DNA of 34,231 nucleotides from Promethearchaeota archaeon (GTDB lineage Archaea; Asgardarchaeota; Lokiarchaeia; Sigyniarchaeales; SOKP01): NCBI GenBank assembly GCA_018238625.1, contig JABCSY010000041.1, positions 1 to 34,231 of the forward strand, read 5' to 3'. Shown piece by piece: positions 28,932 to 34,231 of this stretch (position 1 is its first letter; each line of letters starts with the position of its first letter). The notes under the pieces were generated by a model. It saw only the letters and a program-made list of their open reading frames with translations, ran no database searches and was not told where the DNA came from. The position numbers and the translations under genes were made by a program.

Positions 28932-30002
28932 ATGAGAAGACCTATGAACAATTTAAAAATAATATTTATTCAACGATTTTATTTTTTATTCGAAATTCTA
29001 ATTATTTTTCTTGGAATCTTTCTTTTTATGTTAATTCCTGCTTTTCTACTACCTTTCTTTATTGATTTTAATTCTGTAATTTTTGAACCTCTTTATTTTA
29101 TATTGAGAGCGGCAGTTATTATTGTTGCCATTCCTTTATTTCTATATTTGGCCAATTTTCTAATGTCGCCTCAAAGAAAAAAATTAATCTTAGAAGAGGA
29201 TATTAGCCCTTCAGAGAACTTTTTATCTTTATTTAGTGTGGCAAAAAATAATTTTAAATATCAGCTTTTATATGGAATATTGTTACTTTTTTTAATTTTT
29301 ATACCATTAGATTTTTTTACATATTTATTTTTACCTGATATGCTACCTTATTTGTCCGATGTTTTAAACCCTACGGCGGATTATTCTTACAACTCTTACT
29401 TTATGGAGAATTATTATGTTTTTCTTGTATCTGTTATTATAATACAAATCTTTGTTTCTATATATGAGGAAACATTAGTTAGAGGTTTTTTAGCTAATAG
29501 AGGAAGTGATTACTTAAAAAAAATGTCTGCCGTAATTATAACTTCCTTTTTTTTTGGTTTAGGACATTTTAGTTATATTCTTGCGATGCCTGGTAGCGGG
29601 TTGCCAATAAAATTTCCTATTATTTGGTTTTTACAGACTTTTTTAGTAGGAATTATACTTGCGATGCTAGTTTTAAGACGTCATTGGATATTTCCAGTAA
29701 TTTTTGCTCATGCAGTAAATAATGTTATTTCAGCTCATTCAATTTGGAATTATATACATGGTAACGAATATTCATTAATGAGTTTCATTGTTTACATTCC
29801 ATTATTAATTATCGGTATATTTTTGTTTGTTTGGCAATTCTCTCTAATCAAAGAAAGTTTATCAATAGGTTTTAAAGAATTTTTTTCATATTTCAAAAAA
29901 GATAGTGAGATTGGAGAGAATTGGTTAGAAAGAATTGTTAGGATAATGATGGATTTTTTATTCGGTTTGATTATTTTTGTGATTGGAGTAATTATATTAT
30001 AG
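28932..30002 (+). CDS. CPBP (Rce1/Abi) intramembrane glutamic protease
   Basis: EETLVRG, FFGLGH and AHAVNN in a multi-TM protein. Confidence 0.9.
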   Translation: MRRPMNNLKIIFIQRFYFLFEILIIFLGIFLFMLIPAFLLPFFIDFNSVIFEPLYFILRAAVIIVAIPLFLYLANFLMSPQRKKLILEEDISPSENFLSLFSVAKNNFKYQLLYGILLLFLIFIPLDFFTYLFLPDMLPYLSDVLNPTADYSYNSYFMENYYVFLVSVIIIQIFVSIYEETLVRGFLANRGSDYLKKMSAVIITSFFFGLGHFSYILAMPGSGLPIKFPIIWFLQTFLVGIILAMLVLRRHWIFPVIFAHAVNNVISAHSIWNYIHGNEYSLMSFIVYIPLLIIGIFLFVWQFSLIKESLSIGFKEFFSYFKKDSEIGENWLERIVRIMMDFLFGLIIFVIGVIIL

Positions 30003-30012
30003 CGAAAAAAAA

Positions 30013-30537
30013 ATGGTAAAATTTGGGATTATTTCAGATACACACATAACAAAGAACGATAAACCTAACTTAGTTGAAACTTTAATTAATCGATTAAAAG
30101 AAGTTTTTGAAGATGTTGACGAAATTATACATGCTGGAGATGTATGTGAACCTTTTTTTTTAGAAGAATTGAAAAAAATCGCTCCAATCAGATGCGTAAA
30201 AAGCGATTTAGACGAAATAACGGGATTAGAGACGTTTATTAAATTCCATGTTGAAAATTATAACATTGGCGTAATTCACAAGAAACCTGATAATTTAGAA
30301 GTCTTTTTTAAGCGAAATAACCTCCACATCCTTATTTTTGGGCATACACATCAGCCACTCATAACAGGTACGCCATACAACACCTTATTAATTAATCCGG
30401 GAAGTCCTACAAAACCTAAAGCGCCTATTCCAAAAAGAGGCTTTGAAAAACCTATAGCGAGACCAAGCGTAATAACGTTAAAGATTGATGAAGATAATAT
30501 ATTATCAACATTTATAATAAACTTAAAAAAGACATAA
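30013..30537 (+). CDS. YfcE/MJ0936/Vps29-family metallophosphoesterase
   Basis: ISDTH, HAGD, GVIH, FGHTH and INPGS. Confidence 0.9.
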   Translation: MVKFGIISDTHITKNDKPNLVETLINRLKEVFEDVDEIIHAGDVCEPFFLEELKKIAPIRCVKSDLDEITGLETFIKFHVENYNIGVIHKKPDNLEVFFKRNNLHILIFGHTHQPLITGTPYNTLLINPGSPTKPKAPIPKRGFEKPIARPSVITLKIDEDNILSTFIINLKKT

Positions 30538-30639
30538 GGTAAAATTTAATACCAAATTGTTCATAATATTTATAATATTAAAGTTAAGCGAGAATTTTTA
30601 TAAAATTGTTTAATAATACTTAATGAGTGAATTTTTCTT

Positions 30640-31038
30640 ATGGTAAGCAGACTTGATCAAGTACTCAAAGAATTAAATGATAATGGTAATTTTAGAGCTT
30701 CTCTTTTTGCTACAAATGCAGGACTAGTTTTAGCATCGCAAAAATCAGAAGACATTGATGAGCGGGTTGTTGCGGCAATGGGGTCATTATTAAGTGATGC
30801 TGCATCAAACGCGTCTGAGGAAATGAATTTATCTGCCCTATCTAGTATAAAGATTAAATATTCAGAAGATTTTATTATATGTCGAAATATAATTATGTTA
30901 GATAAAAAAACGCAATTCATTTTAGCGGTCCTATCAAAAAGTCCGGAATCTAACGAAATTGAATCTTATTACGACCAACTCATCGATTGGGCTGTTGAAA
31001 ACGCTACACCAGATTTAGAAAAGTTATCTTCCATTTAA
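30640..31038 (+). CDS. Roadblock/LC7 domain protein
   Basis: 132 aa. LDQVLKEL..ASLFATNAGLVLAS..DERVVAAMGSLL is the roadblock/MglB pattern. Confidence 0.85.
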   Translation: MVSRLDQVLKELNDNGNFRASLFATNAGLVLASQKSEDIDERVVAAMGSLLSDAASNASEEMNLSALSSIKIKYSEDFIICRNIIMLDKKTQFILAVLSKSPESNEIESYYDQLIDWAVENATPDLEKLSSI

Positions 31039-31092
31039 GGAACATCAGTTTTTCTAATACTTCTTCTTTCTTATTAAAAACCTCATAATATC

Positions 31093-31767
31093 TTATTTTA
31101 TAATCAAATTGTAGAATTCGCTTACTTCTTGTGCGATATTTTCTTCAAATCCCGAGTAAAAATGGTCGGCTCCATTAATAATCTTATACTTTTTTGGTTC
31201 GAAATAGAAACTATAATGGTTTTCAAAATTTTCATAGAGCGCTATCGTATCTCGATTACCTTGAATAAACAATTTTGGCTTTTTAGTTTGAGAAAGTTCT
31301 TTATATTTTAACCCCATAAAATCCCAAGGAAAAGAAATCGCACAATAACCAATTATTTTATCAGAAAAATTTACAGCAGAACACCCGATAGCGGCTCCGT
31401 AGGAATAACCACAGATTATTATTTTTTCAATATTCTTCTCGTTTATTAAAAAATCAATACAAGCTTCCACATCGATTAACTCGCCCTTTCCACTAGTATG
31501 ACTTCCTGTTGAACTTCCTATTCCCCTGAAATTAAATCGTAGGCACGAAATCTTATTTTGAACACACATATTAAAAACGCCAGATACGACATTATTGTAC
31601 ATATTGCCCCCATATTTTCCCTTTTTAGGATTTCAAACCCAGAAAAATTGAGGATGTGGGTGACAAATTAAAACAACAGACTGAGATATAATTGTACTCA
31701 ACTGAAAAAACTCGGCTTCAAGCCTAATTTCATTGGTTTCAATAAATATTTTATCAATGCCATGCAT
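31093..31767 (-). CDS. Alpha/beta hydrolase (COG2945-like), spliced: exon 1 31767-31649, exon 2 31615-31093, 213 aa
   Basis: MHGIDKIFIETNEIRLEAEF...VVLICHPHPQ|YGGNMYNNVV...LRFNFRGIGSS.G...GYSYG...QGNRD...GADHF. The track only called the 3' part from 31602. Confidence 0.85.
31616..31648 (-). other. 33-nt bulge-helix-bulge (BHB) intron in an mRNA
   Basis: Insert carries an in-frame TGA (31635-31633). It forms a UCCU/GGGA 4-bp helix with 3-nt bulges CAA and AAA. Excision at standard EndA positions restores HPHPQYGG. Confidence 0.8.
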
Positions 31768-31823
31768 AATTTTAATTAGTATTTAATCTATAATAATAAT
31801 ACTGCTTAAAGAATCTGGTAAAA

Positions 31824-32678
31824 ATGAGTTTTAATCGCATTTTAATTGAAAAAAAAATAAGGGAGTTTTTGCACGAAGATTGTATGTTTATTGACATTAG
31901 TTCAAAATCAATCCCTACAAATTCTATTTCCTCTGCCAAGATTATTGCTAAAAGTGACGGGTATTTATCGGGTATAGAAGAAATCGAGATATTATTTCAT
32001 GTTTTAGAAGTTGATGTTACTCTCAAGAAAGAAGATGGCGATCAAATCCAAAATGGAGATGTAATAGTAGAATTACGTGGAAAAACGAAAGATATCCTGT
32101 TAGGCGAAAGAGTGGGTTTAAATCTTATGAGTCACATGAGCGCAATTACCTCAACAACGCGTAAATTTGTTAAGATAATTGAAAAATCTGGAAAAATAGT
32201 TAAAATAGCATGTACTAGAAAAACCCTTCCAGGTTTACGATTATTTGAAAAAAAAGCTGTAGATTTTGGAAAAGGGGATACGCATCGTTTTAACTTAGAC
32301 GATATGGTGCTTTTAAAGTCAACACACCTAAAATTTTATAACGGAAACGTTGCAGAACTCCTCAAAAATGTGAAAAACAACGTTAGTTTCACAAAAAAAA
32401 TAGAAATTGAAGTGGAAAAAGTTGGGGATGTTCTAATTGCTGTACAAAACGGAGCAGATATAATAATGTTAGATAATATGAATCCTGATAGCGTACAAGA
32501 TGCGATTAACTTACTAAAAAAGCATAATTTACGCGAAAATATCACTATTGAGGTTTCGGGAAATATTACGCAAGATAACATAGTTGATTATTTAATTTCC
32601 GAGCCCGATATAATAAGTACAAGCGTGCTCACGCAAAAACCCACTGAATTTGTAGATTTTTCGCTTCAATTTGATTAA
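31824..32678 (+). CDS. nadC: Quinolinate phosphoribosyltransferase
   Basis: LLGERVGLN, TRKTLPGLR, HRFNLDD, EIEVE, ADIIMLDNM and EVSGNI. Confidence 0.92.
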   Translation: MSFNRILIEKKIREFLHEDCMFIDISSKSIPTNSISSAKIIAKSDGYLSGIEEIEILFHVLEVDVTLKKEDGDQIQNGDVIVELRGKTKDILLGERVGLNLMSHMSAITSTTRKFVKIIEKSGKIVKIACTRKTLPGLRLFEKKAVDFGKGDTHRFNLDDMVLLKSTHLKFYNGNVAELLKNVKNNVSFTKKIEIEVEKVGDVLIAVQNGADIIMLDNMNPDSVQDAINLLKKHNLRENITIEVSGNITQDNIVDYLISEPDIISTSVLTQKPTEFVDFSLQFD

Positions 32679-32689
32679 ATGTGAGTTAA

Positions 32690-33082
32690 TTAATCGATTA
32701 TAACTTCGTGGATTGAGCTTATTATGTCTTTGATCTTAACAATCGCTTGATAAAGATCCTTAATAATTCCGAACTCTCCTACTACTAAAACAATTTCAAT
32801 TTTTTTTTCTGCAATTCTCCAATCAGTTACTGCCTTAATTATCGAGTGAAATTTGTGATAAAGTTCAGAAATTTCATCAGCAATAGGTTCTTTAAACGGA
32901 TAGACAAGATTTATATTCATAATTCGATACCCTTCTAAATTTTCAAACTTTTCATAGTTTTCAATGAATTTTATTATTGAATCTCTTAATGCTTCGCTTT
33001 TTGAACTAAATCCGCTCTGATTTCGAACTTTCTCAAACCTATCTAACAAGTCGTCGCTAATTTGAAGAGATATGATTTTCAT
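32690..33082 (-). CDS. NikR-like RHH-ACT transcriptional regulator lacking the canonical Ni site
   Basis: IISLQISDDLLDRFE..GFSSKSEALRDSI RHH. The ACT-like C-terminus lacks HxH...C. Confidence 0.75.
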   Translation of the reverse strand: MKIISLQISDDLLDRFEKVRNQSGFSSKSEALRDSIIKFIENYEKFENLEGYRIMNINLVYPFKEPIADEISELYHKFHSIIKAVTDWRIAEKKIEIVLVVGEFGIIKDLYQAIVKIKDIISSIHEVIID

Positions 33083-33272
33083 TATATATTTTATAAGACT
33101 ATTTCGTAAATAAGTGTATAAAATTTCTATTAAACAAAATAATTTTAGAAAAATTTAGGACCTACTATAAAAATAAAAAATTTAGTGCTCTAAAAACATT
33201 GGAGGATAACTCAACAATTAAAGTCTCTTTCACCGATCTCAGTGGTGGATGATAATCGGAATACCGACAATA

Positions 33273-33319
33273 AAAATGAAAAAAAAAGAAAATACGGGAT
33301 GTTCTTACATATTACATCC
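33273..33319 (-). terminator. Hairpin plus T-tract after micro-ORF B
   Basis: GGATGT (33319-33314), 11-nt loop, ACATCC (33302-33297), then TATTTTCTTTTTTTTTCATTTTT. Confidence 0.6.
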
Positions 33320-33321
33320 GA

Positions 33322-33351
33322 TTATGGAATTGTATTTGATTGACCAGGCAT
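33322..33351 (-). CDS. 9-aa micro-ORF MPGQSNTIP
   Basis: ATG CCT GGT CAA TCA AAT ACA ATT CCA TAA. Paralog of 1399-1428. Confidence 0.6.
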   Translation of the reverse strand: MPGQSNTIP

Positions 33352-33481
33352 TTTTTCACACTTTATTTGTTAAATGAAATGTATTTGGCATATCTTCTTT
33401 TAAATTCGAAACCGAAAGGAAATGTTTGTATATAAGTTTTAAAACCTATTTATTAACTGATGAAATTTATTTAAACTCCTA
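33352..33481 (-). promoter_or_regulatory. Conserved promoter/5'-leader of micro-ORF B
   Basis: TAGGAGTTTAAATAA (33481-33467), AAAACTTATATA BRE/TATA-like, TTCGGTTTC (33416-33408) and TAACAAATAAAGTG (33372-33359). Confidence 0.6.
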
Positions 33482-33626
33482 CAAAAATGGAAAGTGATTA
33501 AAATTGAATAATTATATTTTTAATTGATTTATAGAATTATTGAATTAACATAAAGTACAATGTATAAAAAACTGTTAATTTGTAATTTTGACCTCGTAAA
33601 AATCAGTACATGGAATTAAATTAGCT

Positions 33627-34229
33627 TTACAGTAAATCTGAAGGCAAAATCGGGTTTACAAGCAGATTCCTAAAGTTTTTAACAGAAGGGAATTCACCAT
33701 ATTTGTTTTTTATGAGATTGCTTCCAAGATTATACGAAAAAGCAGTTGTTGAATATGTAGGGCTAGAAATTAATTTTAGTAGATTTCTTATGTCTTTTTG
33801 GTTAAAGATTTCATAGCTTTTTGCGTATCGAATTAAAGATTCTTCGCTCCATTCGTCAATAAGAGCGTGATAAGCAAGGTTATACCATAAAAGCGATTGT
33901 TTTCCTTTTGCTTTGTATTGCATCGCCAATACATCAAGAGAATCTTCCTTTGACGAGTCTAGACAAAAGTTTTGTAATCCAATTTCTGCTCGCTCTCGAT
34001 AAGAGAAGAGCACATTAGAAGCCATATCTGCTATTCCTTCGCTAATAATGAGTTTTGGTGATTTAAGTATTAATATTGAATGTTCGAATTGATTTAACTC
34101 GCAATATAACCTCTGTTCTTTGACGGAAAATTCCATATGGTGTCCAGGATACCCCTCGTGAGCGGCAGCAGACAAAAAAACGGTCCAATACATGTTATAA
34201 TATGGATTGATCTCTAAACGGGAGCGAAA
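33627..34229 (-). CDS. DUF885-like zinc metallopeptidase, copy B (5'-partial)
   Basis: Open to the window edge (FRSRLEINPYYNMYW...AHEGYPGHH). Aligns without gaps to copy A, about 132/188 identical residues by hand count. Confidence 0.8.
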   Translation of the reverse strand, partial: FRSRLEINPYYNMYWTVFLSAAAHEGYPGHHMEFSVKEQRLYCELNQFEHSILILKSPKLIISEGIADMASNVLFSYRERAEIGLQNFCLDSSKEDSLDVLAMQYKAKGKQSLLWYNLAYHALIDEWSEESLIRYAKSYEIFNQKDIRNLLKLISSPTYSTTAFSYNLGSNLIKNKYGEFPSVKNFRNLLVNPILPSDLL

Positions 34230-34231
34230 AT

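Noticed and set aside
31633-31635. In-frame TGA as selenocysteine or readthrough in the hydrolase
   Set aside because: Readthrough would leave 11 extra residues inside the HPHPxxGG motif at a non-Cys position, and I saw no SECIS. BHB excision explains the insert exactly.
31093-31767. Hydrolase as a pseudogene
   Set aside because: Both exons are intact and in frame with catalytic motifs preserved; the only lesion is the structured insert.
187-32581. Short antisense or overlapping ORFs in the track (e.g. 187-558, 1917-2240, 12103-12465, 22660-23070, 26149-26724)
   Set aside because: They are shadows of well-supported genes and have no motifs.
1-34231. Composite transposon or provirus bounded by inverted repeats
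   Set aside because: The repeats are diverged peptidase genes, there is no transposase, integrase or viral gene, and the interior is core housekeeping.
1-34231. tRNA, rRNA, CRISPR array or box C/D guide RNA
   Set aside because: No cloverleaf, rRNA-like GC-rich block, spaced direct repeats or convincing C/D box pair was seen by eye; a covariance-model search would be needed to exclude small RNAs.

Overview
AT-rich archaeal chromosomal segment, most likely from an Asgard archaeon of the Lokiarchaeia (Promethearchaeota) type. The archaeal call rests on archaeal-type SAM synthetase, fibrillarin/Nop5, GatDE, Elp3 and uL2; the Asgard call is an inference from low GC plus roadblock, LITAF-like, TIR and AN1-zinc-finger proteins. 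Most of the window is housekeeping (hypB, mat, rnhB, flpA, nop5, pyrDK, elp3, gatED, rpl2, purB, purM, nadC). Two signals are invisible to the ORF track. (1) An alpha/beta-hydrolase gene is split inside its conserved HPHPQ/YGGNM motif by a 33-nt, stop-containing insert that folds into a canonical bulge-helix-bulge, i.e. a probable tRNA-endonuclease-type intron in an mRNA. (2) Both ends of the window carry, in inverted orientation, a DUF885-like HExxxxH metallopeptidase gene followed by a conserved micro-gene with a promoter-like region, a 9-codon ORF MPGQxxxxP and a covarying hairpin plus T-tract. This is a candidate peptidase/micropeptide system. Also noted: an uncalled LITAF-like ORF starting at ACG, an AN1-rhomboid lacking its catalytic His, a SWIM-TIR protein, an orphan glycyl radical enzyme with a GCVG loop, and an operator-like array between mat and an HTH-CBS regulator. 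All family calls come from motif recognition; no searches were run.
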